Shown in pieces: positions 9,989 through 18,937 of a stretch of 64,000 bases of DNA (its first letter is position 1; the number at the start of each line of letters is the position of its first letter). The position numbers and the translations under genes were made by a program. A model generated the notes under the pieces. The model ran no database searches, was not told the origin of the DNA, and saw only the letters and a program-made list of their open reading frames with translations. Where the stretch lies: IMG/VR virus record IMGVR_UViG_3300046318_000144, positions 20,770 to 84,769 of that record; one strand, given 5' to 3'. This stretch comes from a virus.

Positions 9989-11062
9989 ATGAAAATAGCT
10001 GTATATACAATTGCATTAAATGAAGAGCAGTTTGTTCAATCATGGTTTGACAGTGCTAAAGAAGCTGACTATCTGTTAATAGCTGATACAGGTTCTACCG
10101 ATAAAACTGTAAAGAAAGCTAAAGCCCTCGGGATTAATGTAATCAATGTTGTAGTAAAGCCTTGGCGATTTGATATGGCTAGAAATGCTTCATTAGCAGC
10201 TATACCAGCTGATATAGATTACTGTATTGCTTTAGATATGGATGAAGTACTGCTACCAGGGTGGAGAGAAGAGCTCGAAAAAGCGTTATCTCAGGGAGCA
10301 ACCAGACCTAGATACCAGTACACATGGTCCTGGGAAGATGAAGAAAAGGGCATACCTGGACTTCAATACGGCGGAGATAAGATCCATGCTAGAAATGGCT
10401 ATAGATGGAAGCACCCAGTGCATGAGGTACTGACATCTTACGGTGACTTGCAAGAGACCCAGGTTTGGGTTGACCTAGAGATACACCACCACCCAGATAA
10501 CTCAAAGTCTAGATCCCAGTACATGCCGCTGCTAGCGCAGGCTGTAGCTGAGGATTTATCAGACGATAGAAATGCTTTCTACTATGCTAGAGAGCTGTAC
10601 TTCTACGGAATGTATGAAGATGCTATCAAAGAATTTAACAGACACTTACAGTTACCGAGAGCAGTTTGGCCTCCAGAGAGAGCAGCATCTATGCGATATC
10701 TTGGTAAAATTTATGAGACCTACGGTAATTTTGAAGAAGCTAAACTCTGGTATACCCGCGCTGTAGAACAATCTCCAGGGCGTAGAGAGCCTTTTGTAGA
10801 TTTAGCTAAGCACTATTATGCCGTCCGCGACTGGGAAAACTGCCTAAAAGCCTCGGAGGCTGCGTTAGAGATTCAAGAAAAACCATTAGAATACTTATGC
10901 GAAGCTGAGTCTTGGGGAGCACTGCCTTACGATTTGGCAGCACTATCTTGCTATAACCTTGGCAATAATCCTAAGGCTTTGGAGTATAACGAAGAAGCTC
11001 TTAAATTAGATCCAAGTAATCTAAGACTTATAGAAAACCATCAGTTTTATTCTGCCGATTAG
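9989..11062 (+). CDS. GT2 glycosyltransferase with C-terminal TPR repeats
   Basis: IALNEE, DTGSTD, FDMARN, LDMDE (DxD), VHE; TPR-like helical repeats in the C-terminal half. Confidence 0.9.
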   Translation: MKIAVYTIALNEEQFVQSWFDSAKEADYLLIADTGSTDKTVKKAKALGINVINVVVKPWRFDMARNASLAAIPADIDYCIALDMDEVLLPGWREELEKALSQGATRPRYQYTWSWEDEEKGIPGLQYGGDKIHARNGYRWKHPVHEVLTSYGDLQETQVWVDLEIHHHPDNSKSRSQYMPLLAQAVAEDLSDDRNAFYYARELYFYGMYEDAIKEFNRHLQLPRAVWPPERAASMRYLGKIYETYGNFEEAKLWYTRAVEQSPGRREPFVDLAKHYYAVRDWENCLKASEAALEIQEKPLEYLCEAESWGALPYDLAALSCYNLGNNPKALEYNEEALKLDPSNLRLIENHQFYSAD

Positions 11063-11549
11063 ATTTACGTAAAGCTTCTATTTCTTTTCTATTACGTGAT
11101 ACTTTTTCAGCCCACTGAGCTTTATAGACATCAATAGCATTAGCACTTGTCCTGCTCTGCCATGTAAAATCACATATTGAACATTCGACTACTCTCATGG
11201 TTGCCCATCGACCACCACCAGGTCTATCAACAGTCTTAGTCATTAAATCCAAAGTACTGGCTGCGCATAGCGGACATCTTGGAGGTTTAATCCTTCTAAC
11301 TTCTTGACCTTCCCAGTTGACAGATAGAGTCTTTTTTATTTCTCTCTCATCATTTCCGCCCCACACTCCCCATATTTGTTTATTTTCGAGAGCCCAGTTT
11401 AGACAAGCATCTTGCACTGGGCATTTAAAACACAACTCTTTGGCTGCTAACTTATCACTAATTTTATTAGAGAAAAATAATTCCATTTTGTCATTATTCT
11501 CTGACTTGGCGCATTCAGCACTATCGCCCCAACTAGGGTCATATATCAT
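11028..11549 (-). CDS. whiB: WhiB-family Fe-S transcription factor with C-terminal zinc ribbon
   Basis: W...C...FF...C-x2-C-x5-C and GVWGG motif; extra CPLC...CSIC. Confidence 0.9.
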   Translation of the reverse strand: MIYDPSWGDSAECAKSENNDKMELFFSNKISDKLAAKELCFKCPVQDACLNWALENKQIWGVWGGNDEREIKKTLSVNWEGQEVRRIKPPRCPLCAASTLDLMTKTVDRPGGGRWATMRVVECSICDFTWQSRTSANAIDVYKAQWAEKVSRNRKEIEALRKSNRQNKTDGFL

Positions 11550-11896
11550 AGTGGTGATACCTCTACCATAGTGATTGCAAGTACCTCATCTACGGTATCC
11601 CCCGAATGAGTAAGACCATCTGCGTCACATATAGTTAGAACTACGTCACCATCTATATATCCAGCATACGTCTGCGAGCTGTGACCAGTATCAACCATAA
11701 TAAATCCCTGGTTGAGAGACGATGCAGAACCACTTCGCTGTATTGAAGAAGCTAATGCCCTTCGTACAATTTCATTTTCCATATCAATATGCTCTTCGGT
11801 GTAAAAAACTAAGCTATTGTCTGGATATAGAGTTTGATCAAAATTATAGCCGTCCCACTCTAGCCAGAGTGCTTCGCCTTTTCTAGAATCTTTCAT
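11546..11896 (-). CDS. Hypothetical protein
   Basis: 116-aa ORF overlapping the whiB start by 4 nt; leaderless promoter upstream. Confidence 0.75.
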   Translation of the reverse strand: MKDSRKGEALWLEWDGYNFDQTLYPDNSLVFYTEEHIDMENEIVRRALASSIQRSGSASSLNQGFIMVDTGHSSQTYAGYIDGDVVLTICDADGLTHSGDTVDEVLAITMVEVSPL

Positions 11897-11902
11897 AGAA
11901 AG

Positions 11903-11908
11903 ATTTTA
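11903..11908 (-). promoter_or_regulatory. -10 element (TAAAAT) of a leaderless promoter
   Basis: TAAAAT lies 6 nt upstream of the ATG at 11896; no Shine-Dalgarno sequence. Confidence 0.55.
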
Positions 11909-11955
11909 TCTTGACTATTCAAATAATATACGAAAAATACCGTTAATTACAAAAG

Positions 11956-12444
11956 TTATACAGGCCAAATATATTCGTAAGTTTCTGGACGTACTCCAGT
12001 ATCTTCAGGCCACTTAAACTGTGAATACCACTCATAGTCTTTATTTAGTAGCGCAGTTCTATGGCTAGATGCTATGAGTGAGAAGTCATTCATATTTGAC
12101 ATCCAGTATGGGTTTGTTGTTGGACGTGAGAGTAGCTCGAGTTCTATAGCACGCGCGATAGTTGCTTTTGCTTTATCACCAATAGTGGACTTATAGCCAC
12201 GACGCTTCCACTCAGTAACCATTGCTTGGATATATAGATACAAAGTCATCTCATGCCCGCGCCACATTTTTACAGCTGGATGATTTACCCAACCTTTGGG
12301 GATACGATGATTTCCCTGAGGATCTAGCTCAAGTAGGGTCATTAGGATTTGCCAGCCTTCAAGGGCTTGCTTGTTGAGACGGGCACGGTCTAGCGTGCGA
12401 GCGATGTCGTCAAAAGACGAAGTAAGCGGTACAAATGTTTGCAT
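11956..12444 (-). CDS. Pyrimidine-dimer DNA glycosylase (T4 endonuclease V-like, MSMEG_6728 family)
   Basis: MQTF.P, LD..RL.KQ..E..QI, W.NHPAVKMWRGHE, SH..ALL.KD..WY, Y.WP. Confidence 0.85.
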   Translation of the reverse strand: MQTFVPLTSSFDDIARTLDRARLNKQALEGWQILMTLLELDPQGNHRIPKGWVNHPAVKMWRGHEMTLYLYIQAMVTEWKRRGYKSTIGDKAKATIARAIELELLSRPTTNPYWMSNMNDFSLIASSHRTALLNKDYEWYSQFKWPEDTGVRPETYEYIWPV

Positions 12445-12450
12445 ATAAAC

Positions 12451-12479
12451 ACTGTACCGCTTACTTTTTATTTTGTCAA
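12451..12479 (-). promoter_or_regulatory. Near-consensus SigA promoter giving a leaderless transcript
   Basis: TTGACA-17 nt-TACAGT, then 6 nt to the ATG at 12444. Confidence 0.8.
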
Positions 12480-12482
12480 GTA

Positions 12483-12740
12483 TTAAAGAGAATATGTTGT
12501 AGTGATTGAGGGTGGTCGTACAACCGAGTTCTTAAGGTTAGCCTGAGCAGTGATTTGATATAGGTTATCACCACTAGCTACAGTTTCTTCAAAACTATTG
12601 GTTACTGACATTTCTAAGTCCAACATAACTTTAGCATCTTCAACACTAACCATAAGAAATTTACTAGCTTCTACATATACAGACTCTTTAGCAGACACTA
12701 AATCATTCGCATAAACTGTTAGTTTAAAATGTACTCTCAT
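12483..12740 (-). CDS. Hypothetical protein
   Basis: 85-aa ORF coupled to the upstream gene (TAATG). Confidence 0.7.
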   Translation of the reverse strand: MRVHFKLTVYANDLVSAKESVYVEASKFLMVSVEDAKVMLDLEMSVTNSFEETVASGDNLYQITAQANLKNSVVRPPSITTTYSL

Positions 12741-13168
12741 TACTTAACTCGCTTCTCTAATTTGTATGGGGAGTAGTGGGTACCACTCAGGTCTGGTTTC
12801 TTTCCATCAGTTGACTTAAAAATTACGTCACCATATCGAATAGCAATAACCTTACCTCGTCTACCGTTATGTAGAACCCCAGTCTTGTCAGAGAAGGCAT
12901 CCAGTAACACTCTTACCTCGTCACCTACGTTAATCTGCCCAGGCTGAGCCTGAACCCACACTTCCTCAGTGGCTGAATCTTCTGGAGCAATGATGGCAGT
13001 GCTTAATGCTAATTTGCAGAATACATTTATAACGTCCTTAGACATTTTTTCGGAGAGTGGCATCTCTTCCCATGTCTCCAGCAGTTTTAGTACGGCATTG
13101 CCAGCACCTATCTTTACACCAGCTTCTGTAAGCTGTTGCTTTACCCATTCATAATTTACTTCTGGCAT
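12740..13168 (-). CDS. Hypothetical protein with C-terminal SH3/KOW-like barrel
   Basis: INVGDEVRV...HNGRRGKVIAIRYGDV. Confidence 0.7.
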   Translation of the reverse strand: MPEVNYEWVKQQLTEAGVKIGAGNAVLKLLETWEEMPLSEKMSKDVINVFCKLALSTAIIAPEDSATEEVWVQAQPGQINVGDEVRVLLDAFSDKTGVLHNGRRGKVIAIRYGDVIFKSTDGKKPDLSGTHYSPYKLEKRVK

Positions 13169-14182
13169 TTATTCTCCTAGATTGATTAGATTGTTTAGTT
13201 TTTTTATGGAGTCTTCGTACTTTGAGATGGAAGATAGATACGTTAATTTCTGCTCTAGAGAAATTAAATGTCTTTGATATTGATCCATGGTCTCAAGTGT
13301 TGAAGCTAAAATACCCCACTGCGGAGATACCGACTGAGCTTCCCTCCACTCAGTAACTACAGGCGTGTGCGTATTCATTGAGTGGACATACAAGAATGAC
13401 CACCAAGTACCCCCACCACGCTTCTGAGGGGGGATTAGAGCACCAATTGCACCAGTTAGTGCCTCTACTGTGTCAGAGTCACCATGAGCCTTTGATGGCC
13501 TTATAGGCAGTACTTTTGATTCAATAGTTTTAGATACTGATAGCACCCACGGATTACTAGGGTCATCGGATAGAAAGGTATTCTGCCTATCTACTGGATT
13601 ACTAAATGACTTAATAATGTACTTTTCATCAAAATTAAAACCAACTAATGAGCTCATAGCTCCTGGTGGAAGATTAGCTACGATAGATTTCTCGTCTGAC
13701 CACGGCAACTCTGGGTAGACTGTCTTAGGCCACTCCATAGTTAGAAGCTTATTGCAGGCAGACACTAACTTAGCTAGGTTCTTAGGATTACAGGCTAAGA
13801 CATACTGGTATCTTTTTTGGTTAAATTCTTTAATTAACTGGTCTGGATTAGACACTATAGTTTTTAGACTTGGCTCTATAAGCCAATATTGCTGGGTATC
13901 AACTACTAAATTTAATTTTTCAGATGAAAACATTAAATCAATAACATTTAAGGCCCCGTATGACCTGTGAGCGCTCACGCTAGTAGGTGGCATAACTCCA
14001 ACAAAAATAGAGTCATATGTTTCTAGATAGTCTTTATCCCAATTTATGTCAGAAACAATCCAGCTCACGTCATGCCCAGCACTAGTTAGAGCTTCGTGTA
14101 GAGCTCCAAAAAATCCGAATGTCTTAGCATGAACTTTACTCGATGTATGTGCAGAAGACATACCTGTTAGCAAGATTTTCAT
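13169..14182 (-). CDS. Putative GT-B-fold glycosyltransferase-like protein
   Basis: N-terminus MKILLTG...LHEALTSAGHDVSW typical of GT-B; C-terminal GALIPP...WW...SMNTHTPVVTEW resembles the donor-binding region. Confidence 0.5.
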   Translation of the reverse strand: MKILLTGMSSAHTSSKVHAKTFGFFGALHEALTSAGHDVSWIVSDINWDKDYLETYDSIFVGVMPPTSVSAHRSYGALNVIDLMFSSEKLNLVVDTQQYWLIEPSLKTIVSNPDQLIKEFNQKRYQYVLACNPKNLAKLVSACNKLLTMEWPKTVYPELPWSDEKSIVANLPPGAMSSLVGFNFDEKYIIKSFSNPVDRQNTFLSDDPSNPWVLSVSKTIESKVLPIRPSKAHGDSDTVEALTGAIGALIPPQKRGGGTWWSFLYVHSMNTHTPVVTEWREAQSVSPQWGILASTLETMDQYQRHLISLEQKLTYLSSISKYEDSIKKLNNLINLGE

Positions 14183-14210
14183 AAATAAATCCTATCTTAA
14201 ATATTTGTAA

Positions 14211-14237
14211 AGGGGGACACCAAAAAGGTGTCCCCCT
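14211..14237 (-). terminator. Stem-loop/terminator downstream of the SSB gene
   Basis: Perfect 11-bp stem AGGGGGACACC/GGTGTCCCCCT with 5-nt loop and a short T tail. Confidence 0.75.
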
Positions 14238-14249
14238 CCAACATTCGAC

Positions 14250-14831
14250 TTAGAATGGAGCTTCGTCAGTCGAGAGTGCAACTGCAGGAGCAGGAGCTGG
14301 AGCCACTGCAGGAGCAGGAGCTGGAGCTGGAGCTGGAGCAGGTGCAGCAGCTACAGGAGCTGCAGCAGGGGCTGGTGCAGGGGCTGGAGCGGCAGCAGCT
14401 ACAGGAGCTGCAGCAGCTGATGGTGCAACGAGAGGGAAGTAATCCTTAATCTCGTTACGCTTCTGACCCTGCCAGGTACGAGAACCAATACGTCCACGGA
14501 AAGGACGGTTCAAAAGAGCCGCCTCAATCTGTGCATTAGTAGGGTTCTGGTCGAAGTAGCTACGTGGTAGTCCAAGAGCTTCCATCTTCTTAAAGAAGAT
14601 AGCGAGTGCAGTAGAGTTGCCAGTGCTTACTACTAGGTTGTCCCAGATGAGACGCTTGTTGTGCGCTCCACCCTGAACTTCAGCCTTCACAGAGAACATC
14701 TGCTTGCCTGACTGAGATAGCTTTGAAGAAGCTTCCAAGACCTTTAGGTCATAGTCGCCATCTGGAAGAGGCTCGTAAGAGCTTGTCTCTCCAGCTTCCT
14801 TGATGATGTCGCTCCAATTGAGTGAACTCAT
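14250..14831 (-). CDS. Single-stranded DNA-binding protein (DUF669-like) with Ala-Pro tail
   Basis: YEPLPDGDY...IWDNL...RNEIK; AP-rich linker and acidic ...DEAPF C-terminus. Confidence 0.8.
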   Translation of the reverse strand: MSSLNWSDIIKEAGETSSYEPLPDGDYDLKVLEASSKLSQSGKQMFSVKAEVQGGAHNKRLIWDNLVVSTGNSTALAIFFKKMEALGLPRSYFDQNPTNAQIEAALLNRPFRGRIGSRTWQGQKRNEIKDYFPLVAPSAAAAPVAAAAPAPAPAPAAAPVAAAPAPAPAPAPAPAVAPAPAPAVALSTDEAPF

Positions 14832-14845
14832 AGTTTTTCTAGCTC

Positions 14846-15619
14846 CTAACTAGTTTGTTTGGTTTGTTTTGGTTGGGTTTTAGGCTTCTCACCGAATACC
14901 ATATCTAGCATTCGTTCGATACCTAAGTCTTGCTGCTCGACAATTTTGCCGAGTCGTCCTTGCACGCGCTCTCCAGCTTCGTATTCTGTAGTTCGTTCTA
15001 CATACATACGGCGAACCTTATAAGGTGGCTGCATTGGATCTGGGTTTGGAACTGTTTCCACAGTTACCGCTCCAAGAATGTCGTAGAAGTATGGTGCTTG
15101 AATTGCAAGCTGACCCTGTAGGTAAGGACGGTATACGCCATCCTGACCCTTACGAGCCATTGCGGTCAACACTACAGCCTCTAGAGGCTGAGTTGGGTGC
15201 ATCGTTAGGTCACGGAGGTCACGAAGTAGTGCACCCATGTGGCGAAGTAGCTCGCCCCACTGCTGCATCTTCATCTGCTCTGTGCCAGCGATGTTGTCCA
15301 TGCACTTCACCTGCAACTCCGAAATGGAGTCGATGATGAGGGACTTGAACTGGTGTTTTCCAGTCTGAAGCCATTGGAATGCCTTTAGAACAACGTCATA
15401 GTCACGTACATTGACTACAACAGTGTCCCAGGTTCCATCAGCAACTGGAGGCTCTTCGCGGATAGGGTCCCAGTACTTAACCGTAATTGGTAAGAAGCGG
15501 TGACCGCCTTCCACATCGAGCATTAGGCGTGGGTACGGTGCTGTTACTGCCAAGGTTGATTTACCAACTTTGGATTCGCCATAGACCATTAGTGTCAAAC
15601 TGCGTAGTACATCAGACAT
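14846..15619 (-). CDS. AAA_24/Sak4-like recombination ATPase
   Basis: YGESKVGKST Walker A, LDVEGG, IIDSISE. Confidence 0.85.
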   Translation of the reverse strand: MSDVLRSLTLMVYGESKVGKSTLAVTAPYPRLMLDVEGGHRFLPITVKYWDPIREEPPVADGTWDTVVVNVRDYDVVLKAFQWLQTGKHQFKSLIIDSISELQVKCMDNIAGTEQMKMQQWGELLRHMGALLRDLRDLTMHPTQPLEAVVLTAMARKGQDGVYRPYLQGQLAIQAPYFYDILGAVTVETVPNPDPMQPPYKVRRMYVERTTEYEAGERVQGRLGKIVEQQDLGIERMLDMVFGEKPKTQPKQTKQTS

Positions 15620-16557
15620 TACTCACTTCCTTTCTTCTCTGTGTTGTTGTAATAACCGTAAGGGTCGGCGACCTCAAACGCATCGCTAATCGCTGCTTCA
15701 GCTGCCGAACCATCGTCAACTAGCGGGCAAATAGCGAAGAATGGACACTTCCACTTACAGTCTCTACTGGGGCGTGGATAGGCTACTAGTTGGTGGCTAA
15801 TTCCATCATCTAGAGCCTTACGAACGTTCATGAGGTCACTGATAGTGCCAGTGAGACGCTGCCAGAACGCACGTAGTGCAAAAATATTGTGTCTAACTTC
15901 AATCTGCTGGTAGAACGGTGGTCGAGCACTAGCAGAGCGCTTTACTTTGCGAAGCATAGTAAAGATACCACCATCAGAGCGTTCACCCTCCTTGTTCTGA
16001 GCAGCTTCTAGGGTCATATAAGTTAGAATCTGCTCATTCATGTGGGCAGTAGAACCAAAGTCAGCAAATGAGCCACCAACGGTTTTAAAGTCACGGAATA
16101 GTCGAGCACCATCAGCCTTACGACGAACACGCATGTCGATCTTACCTTGTAGCTCAACCGACCCATCCAGCATAGGCATGGAGATAATCTCCTCATTAGA
16201 GATACGCTCTAGCTCGATGTCGATACCCTCGTCCTCTACCCACTCTAGATATCCATCCAGCATTAGGTGTCCGAGCTCAGCCTCTGAGTCTAAGTCAGAT
16301 GTATCACGATAAGCATCCATGAGAAGCTTTCGGTCATTAGCAACCAGCTGAGAGTGGACCTCTAGTAGGTCTACAGTCATATCAGACGAGTAGTACTGGT
16401 CTAGAGCCTCGTGAACACGAGAACCTAGAGCAAGAGCACCAGTGTAGTCTTTTTGCTTTGGCTGAAGTCGTCGATAGTAAACAAACCACCAGCGGCGACG
16501 GCAATCTTTAAATGTTTGGATCTCTGAATTAGAGATGCGAATTGGTTCTGTTGTCAT
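15619..16557 (-). CDS. Cas4-like PD-(D/E)XK exonuclease
   Basis: ISNSEI..F..CRRRW, GSRVH, GKID...DFKT, C-terminal CKWKCPF..IC. Confidence 0.85.
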   Translation of the reverse strand: MTTEPIRISNSEIQTFKDCRRRWWFVYYRRLQPKQKDYTGALALGSRVHEALDQYYSSDMTVDLLEVHSQLVANDRKLLMDAYRDTSDLDSEAELGHLMLDGYLEWVEDEGIDIELERISNEEIISMPMLDGSVELQGKIDMRVRRKADGARLFRDFKTVGGSFADFGSTAHMNEQILTYMTLEAAQNKEGERSDGGIFTMLRKVKRSASARPPFYQQIEVRHNIFALRAFWQRLTGTISDLMNVRKALDDGISHQLVAYPRPSRDCKWKCPFFAICPLVDDGSAAEAAISDAFEVADPYGYYNNTEKKGSE

Positions 16558-18383
16558 TATGGATTTACCTTATCATCCTTGAGCAACTTAAGCAACTGAT
16601 CTTTGTCACGAACAATCTGCTCAAAGTTATCTGCCTTGGTATCTAGAGCCTGGATAACACGCTCTTCGATAGTTCCTTCAGTCACGTAATCAGTAATAAT
16701 AACTGAATCGTGGATCTCTGAACCGATACGGTGTACACGGTCCAAAGCTTGCTTGTGGTCTACAAGTGACCACGGTCTCTGTAGCATAACAAGACGACGA
16801 GCTGTTGTCAATGTCACACCAACTCCACCAGCCTGAGCAGTGAAAAGAATCCACTTAGTCTTACCAGACTGGAAGTCATCAATAGCCTGCTGACGCTCAT
16901 CTTCATTCTGAGCACCAGTAATCAAGCCATGAGCAATCTTATTCTTAGTTAGGCGAGCACTCAATAGCTCAATGAGCTGACGAGATACCGCACAGACTGC
17001 GACAGAATCATCTCCAAAATCGCCATTGTCAATATCATCCATAAGAGCATCTACCTTACATGAAGGTTCTGCTAGCAAAATCTTCTCTAGTCCAGTAGTT
17101 TCGTCTACAGTTACTTCAGCATAAGAACTTGCTAACTGCAATAGACGCAAAGTCTGAGTAAGAGGGTTAGGAGCAACTACAACATCTTCTACAGTTCCGC
17201 TACCAGCTTCTCCACGCTCAATCATTGCAATCATGTTATCTCGCATCTGCTTATAAGCTTTTTGCTGTTTAGTAGACATTTCGATATCACGTCGCTCGTT
17301 AATGACCTCTGGCAGCCATGGAAGAACTACAGACTTCAACATTCTACGCATACGTGGGTTAATGGCAGCATAGAATTCATCTTCCATCTGAGGCTTAACA
17401 CCAAGAACCATCATTCCACCGAAAGCATTGAGCATAGTGTTTACCATGCGGTCAATCCACTTGGTCTTGCTAGGCCACTCTTCAGGGGATAGCCAGTGGA
17501 GGATAGCCCATAAGTCTAGAACGTTATTAGCGATTGGAGTACCAGTAAGTGCGAATCTAATATCAGCATCACCAGTAGCAGAGAATAGAGCACGACTCTG
17601 CTTAGACTTAGGGTCTTTGGAGCGGTGAATCTCATCCGCAATAACAGACTTGAAGTCAATAACATTAAGTTCACGCTCGTGTACTTCGCATCGGGTTGGG
17701 GTTACTTTAGTGTCGTGACCGCCACAATCGGGGCAGCGAGCCAATCCAATAGAGCCATACGGGGCTAGTCGCGAATGAGAGCGTAGAGATTCCCAGTTAA
17801 TTACATAAACCTGAGCTTCGTCTTCAAAGACTTTACGACGCTGTACAGCACTACCCTTAATGACTGAGACATTTATGCCTGGCCACCACTTATCAAACTC
17901 ACGTTCCCAATTCTTCTTTAGAGTGTTTGGGCAGACAATAAGTAGTGGAAATACATCTTCGCCACGGTCATGTAGTTCTTTGATTGCACGAATAGCCTGA
18001 GCAGTCTTACCAAGACCTGGCTCATCAGCTAGAAGTGCGCGACGTGCAGTTGCTAAAAACTGCACTCCAGCACGCTGGTGTGGGAATAAGTCTGCATCGC
18101 CATCCTCCATCATCTCTATTTCACGGAGAGCATTAGCTGGGTTAATACGGTTTAGAACCTCGCTAGTCGCCCAAGCAGTAAGCCCAGGGCCAATAACTAA
18201 GTCCTGTCTAAAAGTTGATCGAAGAGCTAGACAACTAGCCCACGAGGTGGGAATCTTCCAAATCTGCTCTTTAGCAGACCAAGAAGCTCCAGGAAGACTT
18301 TTGCATAGTTCTTTTAAACGCCACTCGGCGTTGATGATGATGTGTTTGCCCGTTGCATCGAGCTCTACATGTACTGTCATCAC
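16557..18383 (-). CDS. SNF2-family (SF2) helicase
   Basis: LADEPGLGKT, DEIH, LTGTP, QALDRVHRIG. Confidence 0.92.
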   Translation of the reverse strand: MMTVHVELDATGKHIIINAEWRLKELCKSLPGASWSAKEQIWKIPTSWASCLALRSTFRQDLVIGPGLTAWATSEVLNRINPANALREIEMMEDGDADLFPHQRAGVQFLATARRALLADEPGLGKTAQAIRAIKELHDRGEDVFPLLIVCPNTLKKNWEREFDKWWPGINVSVIKGSAVQRRKVFEDEAQVYVINWESLRSHSRLAPYGSIGLARCPDCGGHDTKVTPTRCEVHERELNVIDFKSVIADEIHRSKDPKSKQSRALFSATGDADIRFALTGTPIANNVLDLWAILHWLSPEEWPSKTKWIDRMVNTMLNAFGGMMVLGVKPQMEDEFYAAINPRMRRMLKSVVLPWLPEVINERRDIEMSTKQQKAYKQMRDNMIAMIERGEAGSGTVEDVVVAPNPLTQTLRLLQLASSYAEVTVDETTGLEKILLAEPSCKVDALMDDIDNGDFGDDSVAVCAVSRQLIELLSARLTKNKIAHGLITGAQNEDERQQAIDDFQSGKTKWILFTAQAGGVGVTLTTARRLVMLQRPWSLVDHKQALDRVHRIGSEIHDSVIITDYVTEGTIEERVIQALDTKADNFEQIVRDKDQLLKLLKDDKVNP

Positions 18384-18463
18384 TTCTTCTTTCTGTATAT
18401 AAACATACTAACACATTTTTTATAGCAATAGTTGTTTTTTGCTAGTATTTTTTAAAAAGTTTT

Positions 18464-18937
18464 TTATTTGAGTAGATTAAGTGGCTTCCAACCACTCTTA
18501 ACTAAACGTAGCAGACCATGGCGTATTGCGTCAAGTGCATGCCCTTCGCCGCCTTTATGCCAGTATTCAATCTTCTTTAGAGACTCATTAGAAAACATAG
18601 CCTTAGCGTCTGCTGGAGATTGAAAATAAATGTCATCAGGCTTCATACCGATGTCCATCATTATCTGCTTAAGAATGCCAATCTGCTCTAGAGAAAAAGG
18701 AGCTTGAGAGTTACGTACAGTCTGAGCATTGATAGTGAATCGCTCACACACAATCTCGATTGGTGTACCAGTCATGACTGCAGTACCTATTGCATCTCTA
18801 ATAGGTGCTGCATATTCATCTTGCTGATACTCACCAGACATTAAAAGCTCTGGCTCTTGACCTACGGCATAGTGGAATAGTGCAATACCACTAGCCTTTC
18901 CTGGATCAACTGCAAGTATTAAACGATTATCAGACAT
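18464..18937 (-). CDS. RuvC-like Holliday junction resolvase
   Basis: LAVDPGKASG, VCE, HALDAIRH. Confidence 0.8.
   Translation of the reverse strand: MSDNRLILAVDPGKASGIALFHYAVGQEPELLMSGEYQQDEYAAPIRDAIGTAVMTGTPIEIVCERFTINAQTVRNSQAPFSLEQIGILKQIMMDIGMKPDDIYFQSPADAKAMFSNESLKKIEYWHKGGEGHALDAIRHGLLRLVKSGWKPLNLLK

Noticed and set aside
14280-14420. GCA/GCT/CCT-rich repeat
   Set aside because: Encodes the ordinary Ala-Pro linker of the SSB
15619-16557. Cas4-like gene as evidence of a CRISPR-Cas system
   Set aside because: Standalone Cas4-like nuclease beside AAA and SSB genes is a common phage recombination module; no array or other cas genes
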